A DNA stretch of 64,000 nt from Macrostomum lignano (Eukaryota), in assembly GCA_002269645.1 (NCBI GenBank), contig NIVC01001102.1, forward strand, positions 62,001 through 126,000, read 5' to 3'. Positions 51,998 through 63,218 of the stretch are shown here, piece by piece (position 1 is the first letter of the stretch; every line of letters begins with the position of its first letter). The notes below the pieces were generated by a model. It did no database searches. It was not told the DNA's origin and worked only from the letters and a program-made list of their open reading frames with translations. Both the position numbers and the translations under genes were made by a program.

Positions 51998-54958
51998 CTA
52001 GGACTGCGAGTTCAGCCAGTCCATAACGGCTGGCAGGCAGTCTGTCATCCACCTGACATTGTTCCTCACCGACTCCAACGCGTTGTCGAAGGCGCGGACA
52101 GCGCTGGCCAGGCTGTTCGAGTTGGCGGCCAGGAACTCCCGGATCTCGCGAAGTCTCTCTGGCGAGTTGAAGCCGCCCAAGCTGGAGGCGTACCTGGCCA
52201 AGGAGAAGATGCCGACCTGCCGTGCCTGGATGCTTGACCAGCTGCCTCTGAGAAAGTCCCACATGATCTGCAAGCCCATGGGGTTCGAGGCCACGCTCGA
52301 TACGACCAGCGCGGCGTCTTGTCTGCGGATTTTCCCGTCATCGAGCGTGTAGAGCAGGTAGCGGTTGAGCAGCCAGGGCTCTCTGGTGCAGGCCAGGGCT
52401 TTGAGAATGTCGTTCTGAACTCCTGGACTCGTCTCTCTGAGCATAGCGTCGTACAGGTTATCCCAAACTTCCGCATCCGACATGGCGACTCCTCTGCACA
52501 TCACTGTGTAGCGAATGTCGGGCACGATTTTGTCGGTGAAGTTCGAGCTGACGTAGCGCTGAAACTCGGCCTGCGCGTACTGAGCGCACTGCTTGATGCC
52601 GTAGCGACACGCTGCCTTTACAATTTTCTCTCGAGTTATTCTGGTCAAATGAGAGTCGGAATCGGCCTGAGCCACTCCAGTGCGGTTGTAGATTGGCAAT
52701 ATAAGCGACTTCATGTAGGCGCTGAACGTCCCGTATTGTGGCGACTGCCTGTGCAGCATCGAGTAGATGTAGGCCAGACTGCTCAACACTGAATTCCAGG
52801 GGGCGTAATGCCGTTCATTTTTCATATATTTTGTCATATTCAAAGGAATTGAGTAGCTGATCTGTCCCACCATCGCCAGTGCGAAGCTGTCGTCAATTAA
52901 TCGGGCTCGGTCTTGCGGCGTGAAGACGGAATGGTTCAGCAGCAGCTGATTGATGAGCGCGTCCCAGTTGCCCGCATCGTAGTTGACTCGGTAGAATCCG
53001 GTAGATCTCAGATTTAGCAGATACCAGCTGGTTGAGTTGATGGAGAATTTCTGCGATTTTTCACGCATCCAGTGCACCAGATGAGACACCTGAGAGCCGT
53101 TCCAGCTGCTGATGTTCTCGCTTGTCGCAGCGGTGATTGGGATAATCCAGGTGTAGTCGAATGGACTTGAATAGGTCTTCCCATAAGTAGGAGCATCGCT
53201 TGAAGAGATCAGGAAATGCTTTTGAAAGAGCGATAGCTCGTTGCTTTGCCGAGCGCAGCTTATCACTGGATAACCCATTTGTTTGATCCACCTGTCCATG
53301 AACTCTCCAACGTCGATATTCCGACCGCTAGCCCTGGCTTCGCTGGTTAGGCTCTGGTACAGCGCCGTGTGAAACGTATTTGAGTAATTGTACTGCTTGA
53401 GATACTTGCTCACACCGATTCGGAATATCGAATCCCCCACTGAGTTGTACAGCATCCTCAGCACCGAGCTGCCCTTGCTGTAGGTGATGGTGTCGAAAAT
53501 CTCGTTTACCTCATCTGGATGGTTGACCTCGACATAGATCGGGTGGCTGGATTGAACGCCATCCGATTGCAGACCTCGTTTCAGATCGTCAACTACAAAC
53601 TGCGCGTCCACGTCCCAGTCCGGGTGCAGCTGGTCCATGGCGAGAACTTCCACGAACGAGGCAAAACCCTCGTTAAGCCAGATGTCGTCCCACCAATCAG
53701 GCGTGACCAGATTGCCGAACCACATGTGCCCGAGCTCGTGAGAGATGATCGCCACAGTCAGCTGCAAGTAGGTCGACTTGTCTATCGAAGGATTGCAGAC
53801 CAGGTAGGCCTCGCGGTACATAATGAGGCCCCAGTTCTCCATGGCTCCAGCGCTGAAGTCCGGTATGGTTGCCTGGTCGATTTTCGGCAGCGGATATTCA
53901 ATGTCAAAGTAGCGCTCGTAAAACGCGGTGATGTTTTTAGCAATACTTTTTGCGCACTCAGTTGACGTGGCCCTGTCAGGTCGAGCCCAGGTGCCGTAAA
54001 CTCGGTTTTTGGTATCCGTGGTATAGGTGTAGTCAAACTGCGACACAAGGATGGCGAGAAGATACGTAGACATTCTAGGCGTGGTTCTGAAGTCCTCCTT
54101 AATCATTCTCTCGGAGCCCGAAGCCGAAACAAACCAGTCGCTGGCAAGCACGTGCTTTGAAGACATTGTGGGCATGTTGCTGGCCGCCTTGAAGTTCTGG
54201 TGCCTGACGATGCTCACAGCGAATGTCGCTTTAAATGCCGGCTCGTCAAAGCAGGGAAAAGTCTTTCTAGCATCGGTGGCCTGCATCTGCGACGCTACAA
54301 GATATTTTTCTATTCCCAGTTCCTTGTAACTGCTCAGATAAATTCCGCTCAAATCTCGCTCAAGAGGGCCTCGAAATCTGTCGACGATAATTGTGTAGTT
54401 GTTACCCGCTTGCAGTGGCTCTGACATGGTGATGCTCTGCCACTGTCTAGCAAAGTCTTCTTCCACAGAAGCCACAGCGACATTGTTTCCATTGCTATCC
54501 ACAACACGAGGAGTCTGTATCTGTAGTTTGTGCGAATGCAGCTTGAAGTTAGTGGTGCTGCTTTGCACCGCGACAGAGATATTCACACTGCCAGTGAAAT
54601 AGAACTCGCTAGCGTTGTTGGAGTAAATGAAAGGCGCCAGGATCAAGTTGTAGTGGATCGGCTTCACTGTCAATGGTAGTCTAACGTCTTTCACTGGTGG
54701 CAGCTGGGTGCCCAGGGCTGCTGTGGTGGCTTGATCGACTTGCAGCTGCCTAGCACCAGCAGTGCATCCGGGCTTGGCGTAGTACACAATAATGGGAATG
54801 ATTATTACGCACAAAAGTACAACACCTGATATTCCCAGCAACCGTTTCATCGACAGGAACACGCCTTTGACGTCGGATTCGTTTCCATCGATGGACATCG
54901 TGCCCTGGACTGACTCCGAAGGTCGAGGAGTGTAAGTACACTTTCTATTGAACTTCAT
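51998..54958 (-). CDS. ANPEP: Aminopeptidase N-like M1 zinc metallopeptidase, type II membrane anchored, 986 aa, intronless CDS
   Basis: Single ORF with an N-terminal TM (LLGISGVVLLCVIIIPIIVYY), PCFDEP, GAMEN, HELGH...WLNEG zinc motif, YSKG and an ERAP1-type C-terminal region. Confidence 0.93.
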   Translation of the reverse strand: MKFNRKCTYTPRPSESVQGTMSIDGNESDVKGVFLSMKRLLGISGVVLLCVIIIPIIVYYAKPGCTAGARQLQVDQATTAALGTQLPPVKDVRLPLTVKPIHYNLILAPFIYSNNASEFYFTGSVNISVAVQSSTTNFKLHSHKLQIQTPRVVDSNGNNVAVASVEEDFARQWQSITMSEPLQAGNNYTIIVDRFRGPLERDLSGIYLSSYKELGIEKYLVASQMQATDARKTFPCFDEPAFKATFAVSIVRHQNFKAASNMPTMSSKHVLASDWFVSASGSERMIKEDFRTTPRMSTYLLAILVSQFDYTYTTDTKNRVYGTWARPDRATSTECAKSIAKNITAFYERYFDIEYPLPKIDQATIPDFSAGAMENWGLIMYREAYLVCNPSIDKSTYLQLTVAIISHELGHMWFGNLVTPDWWDDIWLNEGFASFVEVLAMDQLHPDWDVDAQFVVDDLKRGLQSDGVQSSHPIYVEVNHPDEVNEIFDTITYSKGSSVLRMLYNSVGDSIFRIGVSKYLKQYNYSNTFHTALYQSLTSEARASGRNIDVGEFMDRWIKQMGYPVISCARQSNELSLFQKHFLISSSDAPTYGKTYSSPFDYTWIIPITAATSENISSWNGSQVSHLVHWMREKSQKFSINSTSWYLLNLRSTGFYRVNYDAGNWDALINQLLLNHSVFTPQDRARLIDDSFALAMVGQISYSIPLNMTKYMKNERHYAPWNSVLSSLAYIYSMLHRQSPQYGTFSAYMKSLILPIYNRTGVAQADSDSHLTRITREKIVKAACRYGIKQCAQYAQAEFQRYVSSNFTDKIVPDIRYTVMCRGVAMSDAEVWDNLYDAMLRETSPGVQNDILKALACTREPWLLNRYLLYTLDDGKIRRQDAALVVSSVASNPMGLQIMWDFLRGSWSSIQARQVGIFSLARYASSLGGFNSPERLREIREFLAANSNSLASAVRAFDNALESVRNNVRWMTDCLPAVMDWLNSQS

Positions 54959-55674
54959 TCCCTGTGTTGATTTTCTTTGCAGATTTCAACGCCAGTAAGT
55001 TGGAGAGCGTCTTGTCAAGGGAGTCCCACGAGTCAGGCATTTATTTTTGCGCAGGCTTCTTGCCATGGCCACCCCCGGGATTCGTATTGGCAGCCAGTCG
55101 TGATCGTGACTCGCATTCACGTGACCTCAGCCGAACTGTATAATTTTCAGCTCGAATTACACGGGAGCGGAGCCTAATACATATAAATTTCTTAGCTTGT
55201 CAATGGTTTCTATCTAAATAAATAGCTGAAGAAGGTCAAAACAGAAAAGGAATTGAATGACATTTAGTTGCTTTGTTTATACTAAACCGGCCGGCCTTTT
55301 TGCCAGCATGGGAACGAATCTTTGCGAATCTTTGCAAACGTTGCGGTTCAACAAGCGAAATTGAATGTAAAACAGGGGCCGAATATTCATTATAGTCTGC
55401 CTAGGTAGGCCTTTTGATCAAAGCGACAGATAAATGCTAGCTAATGTACTACCTATCCAAAACGGTGCATTGCCTTCATAGTAAATCCGCTAGGGTTTGG
55501 TACAAAATGCAACTATCAAAAAAGACTAATTGATTGCAAATAAAGATATAAGAAATCTGTCATTTATCGAAGAGAAGACGGGAGTTCAAACAGGATTTTT
55601 TGTTGCGGAGGAGGGAGGCACCACATAGAAGTGACCATACTGGAGCGTCATCCTACAGCGCCATCTTAGAGGCT

Positions 55675-56550
55675 TCATCGGCGAGATTTTGGGGGCGAAA
55701 TCATGGAGATTTTGGGGGTAGCATCGGCGATATTTTGGGGTACGCATCGGTGAGATTTTGGGGTCGCCATCGGTGAGATTTTGGGGGTGACATCGATGAG
55801 ATTTCGGGGGTGAAATCGATGAGATTTTGGGGGCGCCATCGAAGAGATTTCGGGGGTGACATTGGTCAGATTTTGGGGGGGGGACATCGATGAGATTTTG
55901 GGAGTGACATTGGTGAGATTTTGGGGGGGACATCGATGAGATTTCGGGGGTGAAATCGATGAGATTTTGGGAGCGCCATCGAAGAGATTTCGGGGGTGAC
56001 ATTGGTGAGATTTTGAGGGTGACACCGATGAGATTTTGGGGGTGACATCGATGAGATTTTGGGGTCGCCATTGGCGAGATTTTGGAGGCGCCATCGATGA
56101 GATTTTGGGGTCGCCATCGGTGAGATTTGGGGGTGACATCGATGAGATTTCGGGGGTGAAATCGATGAGATTTTGGGGGCGCCATCGATGAGATTTTGGG
56201 GGTGACATTGGTGAGATTTTGGGGTCGCCATCGGTGAGATTTGGGGGTGACATCGATGAGATTTCGGGGGTGAAATCGATGAGATTTTGGGGGCACCATC
56301 GATGAGATTTTGGGGGTGACATTGGTGAGATTTTGGGGTCGCCGTCGGTGAGATTTGGGGGTGACATCGATGAGATTTTGGGGGCGCCATCGATGAGATT
56401 TTGGGGTCGCCATCGGTGAGATTTGGGAGTGACATCGATGAGATTTTGGGGTCGCCGTCGATGAGATTTTGGGGGTGATATCGATGAGATTTTGGGGTTG
56501 ACCTGGGGGAGATTTTGAGGGCGCTATCGGTGAGATTTTGGGGGCGCCAT
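55675..56550. repeat. ~23-bp G-run minisatellite GGGGGTGACATCGATGAGATTTT
   Basis: Tandem with variants; CATCGATG palindrome in the unit. Confidence 0.93.
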
Positions 56551-56781
56551 CTTGTCATAGTATCGTCGGGACGCACCAGCAGTGGTGGCGCCAAAGTAGC
56601 TGTTGAGGAAACTTAGAAACGTAGCATGGTCAAAAATTACTTGGTCAACTTGAAGCTGTACTCCAATTTTTCAGCACAGCACATTCATTTTAGCTCTCGA
56701 AGAACAAATTTTAGAAACAACAAGTCAAGGCTTAAGAGAGCATTCATTCCAACAAAAGTCACATTAACTTTTTTGTTTTAA

Positions 56782-59700
56782 TTAGTTAAACACCGGCTGA
56801 AAACAGTAGATGCAGTTCCTCTTGACAACCGGTTCATCGGGATGCTGAGCAGCCACGAACAGCACATTGTTGTGTCCGTCCCAGGCCATGGGCCCCGGCT
56901 TTACTCTGGTGGCCAATTTCAAGTCATTTTTTTCATCCGGCAACAGGCTGATGTAGCTGGACCTGCTGCACACGAGGTTGCTGCCGCTAGAATATTTCTG
57001 AGTTGACAGCTTGTGAAATCCGATTGTGTAGTTCTCCTGTTGATTTATGATCAATAATTGACACCTACTTTTTTAGTAATCAAGAAGAAAGCAAGACAAA
57101 TTATTTTTAGTCAGGTTAAGCGGTCACTCTGGATTGAGGTGAGATTTCAGGTGAGATATCAGTTGAGATCGAGGGGTCCGTCAGTCAGGTGAAATCTGGG
57201 ATCAATCAAGGTGAAATCTGGGGTCAGTCAGTTGAGAGCTGGGGTCAGTCAGTCAGGTGAGATCTGGAGTCAATCAACGTGCGATCTGGGGTCAGTCAGT
57301 CAGGTGAGATCTGGGATCAGTCAGTCAGTCAGGTGAGATCTGGGGTCAGTCAGTCAGTCAGGTGAGATCTGGGGTCAGTCAGTCAGTCAGGTGAGATCTG
57401 GGGTCAGTCAGTCAGTCAGGTGAGATCTGGGATCAGTCAGTCAGTCAGGTGAGATCTGGGGTCAGTCAGTCAGTCAGGTGAGATCTGGGGTCAGTCAGTC
57501 AGTCAGGTGAGATCTGGGGTCAGTCAGTCAGTCAGGTGAGATCTGGGGTCAGTCAGTCAGTCAGGTGAGATCTGGGGTCAGTCAGTCAGTCAGGTGAGAT
57601 CTGGGGTCAATCAAGATGAGATCTGGGGTCAGTCAAGGTGAGATCTAGGGTCAGGTGAGATCTAGGTTCAGTTGAGATCTAGGGTCAGCTGTAAGATCTA
57701 GGGTCAGGTGAGATCTGGGTCAGGTGAGATCTAGGGTCAGGTGAGATCTAGGGTCAGTTGAGATCTAGGGTCAGTTGAGATCCAAGGTCGCGTGAGATTT
57801 AGGGTCAGGTGAGATCTAGGGTCAGGTGAGATCTAGGGTCAGTTGAGATCTAGGGTCAGTTGAGATCCAAGGTCAGGTGAGATTTAGGGTCAGGTGAGAT
57901 CTAGGGTCAGGTGAGATCCAAGGTCACGTGAGATCCAAGGACAGGTGAGATGTAGGGTCAGGTGATATGTACGTTCGGGAGAAAATTTTAATCTAACCTG
58001 CGAAGACGTGAATATGGTGTGAAGCCGCTCGGCGTAGGTCACGTAGTTCGGTCCGCTGTGAATGTCCCTAGTTGGAGCCAGCTGCTTTCCCAGGTGCTGA
58101 GTTGCTTTTACTGACGGCACAACTCCGAGAGTAAGAAACGGGGTGAGAGTTGACAACTGCAGTGGCTGTATTGGCAGGTGGTACAGCTGCAGACCCCACG
58201 GGGTGCTGTGGTCCGTGTCGTCCTGGATGAAATTACAGCAGATCAGATTAGAACCCAGATCTTACGAGCGTATATCTGACCCAGGTCTTATACCTGACCC
58301 AGATCTTATACCTGACCCAGATCTTATACCTGACCCAGATCTTATACCTGACCCAGATCCTATACCTGACCCTGATCCTATACCTGACCCAGATCCTATA
58401 CCTGACCCAGATCTTATACCTGACCCAGATCCTATACCTGACCCAGATGCCTCCTGACCCAGATACCACCTGACCCAGATACCACCTGACCCAGATACCT
58501 ACGTTACTCACGACTCCCAACCCACCTGATGCAGCATGCTCTCGGTGACCATCAGCATCTGGTTGAAGGCGCAGACGTCCCAAGGTCGACACATCTGACC
58601 AAGCCCGATCTTTAGTTCTCCATCCAAACTCGGATAATTCAACCGTTTAACGCAATCATATTCGCTATTGCAACTCGTGTAAGTGTGGAACACGTACTCA
58701 GTGTACTTAGCCACGTTACCCAAAGCCAGTCGGCCTATGTACATTGGCATGTCACGTGACCTGCCGCCGTAGTGATAGCTCTCCTCCTCTGTTCTCACGT
58801 ATTTGTACCTGGCGTGAAATTCCACAAAAAAGAGATCATAAGTCACATATTATAAAAACAATAAATGAAAATGAATTTTCCTCAAAAGCAATCTGACTGA
58901 CCCCAGATCTCACCTGACTGACTGACTGAGCCCAGATCTCATCTGACTGACTGACACCAGATGTCACCTGACTGACTGACCCCAGATCTCACCTGACTGA
59001 CTCCTGATTCTACCTGATCTCAGATAGCATGACCTTAAACAACCTCATAAGGTTTTATTCAAAGTCACGTGACTCCATAAAAGACCCTATTCAAGGTCAC
59101 GTGACTCCATAAAAGACCCTATTCAATGTCACGTGACTCCATAAAAGACCCTATTCAAAGTCACGTGACTCCATAAAAGACCCTATTCAAAGTCCCGTGA
59201 CTCCATAAAAGACCCTATTCAAAGTCACGTGACTCCATAAAAGACCCTATTCAAAGTCACGTGACTCCATAAAAGACCCTATTCAATGTCACGTGACTCC
59301 ATAAAAGTCCAACTCACAAGCTCATTCTGGTGCCCCACATAGACAGCAGCAGGCAATTATCCTCAGTGAAAGCAATAAAATCGGTAGGCAAGCTGATGTA
59401 GTGACTGTTGGTGTCATCCAGTAAGCCGCCCTCCAGAATCGGGTAGATGCAGATTCCTTCGCTGTAGTGAGTCACCGCTAGTTCAAGCCGGTTCAAGCTG
59501 AGATTCGAGATGTTTTATAAAGGTATTTGCGCTTATCATATATCAATTGAAGAATTTAACTACAGACTAACTTGACATTATAAAATCCGAGGTCAGAATA
59601 CTATATTACGACAATGAGCAAGATGAGAGAAGAAAGACGAGAGTAGAAGATTATAGAATTATAGATAAGAGAGAGGAGAGGAAAGGCGAGAGATGAGATG

Positions 59701-60613
59701 AGAAAAGAATGAAGAGAAAATAAAAAAGAGAGAAGAGGTGAGAGAAGTGGGAAAAGCGAGGAGAGGAGAGGAGAGAAGAGGGAAGAGGGGAGAGAGGAGA
59801 GGGTAGAGAGGAGAGAAGAGATAGGCGATGGGAGAGGGGAGAGAGGCGAGGGAAGAGAGGAGAGGGGAGAGAGGAGAGAAGAGATAGGCGATGGGAGAGG
59901 GGAGAGAGGCGAGGGGAGAGAGGAGAGGGGAGAGAGGAGAGAAGAGATAGGCGATGGGAGAGGGGAGAGAGGCGAGGGAAGAGAGGAGAGGGGAGAGAGG
60001 AGAGAAGAGATAGGCGGTTGGAGAGGGGAGAGAGGCGAGGGGAGAGAGGAGAGAAGAGATAGGCGATGGGAGAGGGGAGAGAGGCGAGGGGAGAGAGGCG
60101 AGGGGAGAGAGGCGAGGGGAGAGAGGCGAGGGAAGAGAGGCGAGGGGAGAGAGGAGAGGGGAGAGAGGAGAGAAGAGATAGGCGATGGGAGAGGGGAGAG
60201 GAGCCCCTCAGAGGGCTGGGGAGAGGGGGAGAGAAGAGAGGAGAGGGCAATAGAGCGGAATAGAGTAGAGAGGGAGGAGAGAGGGAGGAGAGAGGAGACA
60301 CCAACCTTGAGTGGGGCGCTATTGCTATTGTGAAGTTTCAAAGGACCCGCGAGGGCCGGACCTCATGGCCCGCGGGGCCGGAGTTTCCTACCCCTGGGCC
60401 CCCTAAATATGAATAGCGAGTAGTATGGAAGGTTGAGATGTTCCTCAAGCAGGTTCCTTTAGTACTACTATTCAGTAGGATATCTCCTAAAAACTATTGA
60501 GGATAAAGTTAATGAAAACCAAAAGGTTCTCATGACATTGAAAGCAGAAAGGCACTAGAAGCAAATTTACTTACGCCACATTCATGTGCACCTTCAGATC
60601 GCTGATGCTGGGC
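56782..60613 (-). CDS. Spliced gene encoding a probable beta-propeller (NHL-like) protein; 5' end not resolved
   Basis: Phase-compatible minus-strand exons 60613-60575, 59497-59318, 58808-58526, 58222-57998 and 57036-56782 (TAA). Blade-like motifs RPWDVCAFNQMLMVTES and PGPMAWDGHNNVLFVA. The fold is inferred. Confidence 0.6.
57140..57965. repeat. Compound array: 29-bp GGGGTCAGTCAGTCAGTCAGGTGAGATCT, then ~17-bp AGGGTCAGGTGAGATCT
   Basis: Fills intron 57037-57997 of the minus-strand gene. Confidence 0.93.
58255..58500. repeat. 18-bp minisatellite CTGACCCAGATCTTATAC, inverted relative of the 57140 array
   Basis: Reverse complement GGTCAGGTATAAGATCTG resembles GGTCAGGTGAGATCT. Confidence 0.92.
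58893..59010. repeat. Inverted copy of the 29-bp 57240-57600 array (CCCCAGATCTCACCTGACTGACTGAC)
   Basis: Direct reverse-complement match. Confidence 0.9.
59050..59305. repeat. 32-bp minisatellite GTCACGTGACTCCATAAAAGACCCTATTCAAA
   Basis: About eight copies; 10-bp palindrome GTCACGTGAC. Confidence 0.93.
59620..60300. repeat. Polypurine (GA/GGA) tract with repeated GAGATAGGCGATGGGAGAGGGGAGAG
   Basis: Almost purely purine on the + strand. Confidence 0.9.
60340..60396 (-). mobile_element. hAT/Charlie-like terminal fragment
   Basis: Minus strand reads CAGGGGTAGGAAACTCCGGCCCCGCGGGCCATGAGGTCCGGCCC, similar to MER58/Charlie-type ends; the partner end was not found. Confidence 0.45.
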
Positions 60614-61009
60614 CTATTAGACAAGAAATAATTAAGCTTCAGAGTGGCAAAATTACAATTGGACAATATTCCATCTGACTGATCGGTTATCATGTTGATT
60701 AAATTGTTTAACACTAGAATTCAAACTAAAATTGAAGCTTTTTCAATAATATAAAATTCAAGCTCAATTTGTGAACTAATCAGATTGAGAAAGTGAGAAA
60801 TACTGATCAACAAAGATATTCATGCATTTGTCTATGGTTTTGAAAGTAAATAACTCATTTGTTAACAGTTACAATCTGAATTGAAAAAAACCTGGTTAGC
60901 TGGTTGCATTCTGTGGGTTAGCCATTTATGCTTTCTTTTACTTGTATTTTTATTATATATTAAAATTCCAGTGATCTTAACTGTGCTAAGCATCATTCTT
61001 CTCTTTAAC

Positions 61010-63025
61010 TTACCCCTCACTCTCTCTTACCCTCATTCTCTCTTGTCCCTCAGTCTCCTCTTACTCCTCAGTCTCTTACCCTCAGTCTCTTACCCTCAGT
61101 CTCTTAGCCTTCAGTCTCTCTTACCCCTTCAGTCTCTCTTATCCCTCAGTCTCCCTTACCCCTTCAGTCTCTCTTACCCCTCAGTCTCCCTTACCCCTCA
61201 GTCTCTCTCTCTTACCCCTCAGTCTCGCTTACCCCTCAATCTCTCTTACCCCTTCAGTCTCTCTTACCCCTCAGTCTCTCTATTACCCCTCAGTCTCTTT
61301 ATTACCCCTCAGTCTCTCTATTACCCCTCAGTCTCTTTATTACCCCTCAGTCTCTCTTATCCCTCAGTCTCTCTATTACCCCTCAGTCTCTCTATTACCC
61401 CTTCAGTCTCTCTTACCCCTCAGTCTCTCTATTACCCCTCAGTCTCTCTATTACCCCTCAGTCTCTCTATTACCCCTCAGTCTCTCTATACCCCTCAGTC
61501 TCTCTATTACCCCTCAGTCTCTCTATTACCCCTCAGTCTCTCTATTACCCCTTAGTCTCTCTATTACCCCTCAGTCTCTATTACCCCTCAGTCTCTCTAT
61601 TACCCCTCAGTCTCTCTATTACCCCTTAGTCTCTCTATTACCCCTCAGTCTCTCTATTACCCCTCAGTCTCTCTATTACCCCTCAGTCTCTCTATTACCC
61701 CTTAGTCTCTCTATTACCCCTTGGTCTCTCTATTACCCCTCAGTCTCTATTACCCCTCAGTCTCTCTATTACCCCTCAGTCTCTCTATTACCCCTCAGTC
61801 TCTCAATTACCCCTCAGTCTCTCTATTACCCCTCAGTTTCCCTTACCCCTCAGTCTCTATTACCCCTCAGTCTCTCTATTACCTCTCAGTCTCTCTTACC
61901 CCTCAGTCTCTCTTACCCCTTCAGTCTCTCTTATCCCTCAGTCTCCCTTACCCCTTCAGTCTCTCTTACCCCTCAGTCTCCCTTACCCCTCAGTCTCTCT
62001 CTTACCCCTCAGTCTCGCTTACCCCTCAATCTCTCTTACCCCTTCAGTCTCTCTTACCCCTCAGTCTCTTTATTACCCCTCAGTCTCTCTATTACCTCTC
62101 AGTCTCTCTTACCCCTCAGTCTCTCTATTACCCCTCAGTCTCTCTATTACCCCTCAGTCTCTCTATTACCCCTCAGTCTCTCTATTACCCCTCAGTCTCT
62201 CTATTACCCCTCAGTCTCTCTATTACCTCTCAGTCTCTCTTACCCCTCAGTCTTTCTATTACCCCTCAGTCTCTCTATTACCCCTCAGTCTCTCTATTAC
62301 CCCTCAGTCTCTCTATTACCCCTCAGTCTCTCTATTACCCCTCAGTTTCCCTTACCCCTCAGTCTCTATTACCCCCAGTCTCTCTTACCCCTCAGTCTCT
62401 ATTACCCCTCAGTCTCTCTATTACCCCTCAGTCTCTCTATTACCCCTCAGTCTCTCAATTACCCCTCAGTCTCTCTATTACCCCTCAGTTTCCCTTACCC
62501 CTCAGTCTCTATTACCCCTCAGTCTCTCTATTACCTCTCAGTCTCTCTTACCCCTCAGTCTCTCTTACCCCTTCAGTCTCTCTTATCCCTCAGTCTCCCT
62601 TACCCCTTCAGTCTCTCTTACCCCTCAGTCTCCCTTACCCCTCAGTCTCTCTCTTACCCCTCAGTCTCGCTTACCCCTCAATCTCTCTTACCCCTTCAGT
62701 CTCTCTTACCCCTCAGTCTCTTTATTACCCCTCAGTCTCTCTATTACCTCTCAGTCTCTCTTACCCCTCAGTCTCTCTATTACCCCTCAGTCTCTCTATT
62801 ACCCCTCAGTCTCTCTATTACCCCTCAGTCTCTCTATTACCCCTCAGTCTCTCTTACCCCTCAGTCTCTCTTACCCCTCAGTCTCTCTTACCCTCAGTCT
62901 CTCTTACCCCTCAGTCTCTCTTACCCCTCAGTTTCCCTTACCCCTCAGTCTCTCTTACCCCTCAGTTTCCCTTACCCCTCAGTCTCTCTCTTACCCCTCA
63001 GTCTCTCTATTACCCCTCAGTCTCC
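61010..63025. repeat. ~19-bp minisatellite CTCAGTCTCTCT(A)TTACCC with higher-order blocks
   Basis: About 100 copies; the variant CAGTCTCGCTT recurs at 61221, 62011 and 62663. Confidence 0.95.
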
Positions 63026-63218
63026 CACTGGCTCATCTATGTAATCAAAGTCCCTAATCTCCAAGAGTATGCTGGATTAAATTTAGCAACGAGTTGATAT
63101 CTATGGCAAGTCTAAAATTTTAACACATATTAACATCAGATTCTGTTACAAGTAGAGCTCCCCATTAGTTTAACTTGATCTTGTCATTTACTCAAAAATC
63201 AGTTGGAAAACGCACAGA

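Noticed and set aside
51998-54958. Horizontally acquired bacterial pepN
   Set aside because: The type II membrane anchor and ERAP1-type C-terminus are features of animal APN; codon style matches neighbouring exons.
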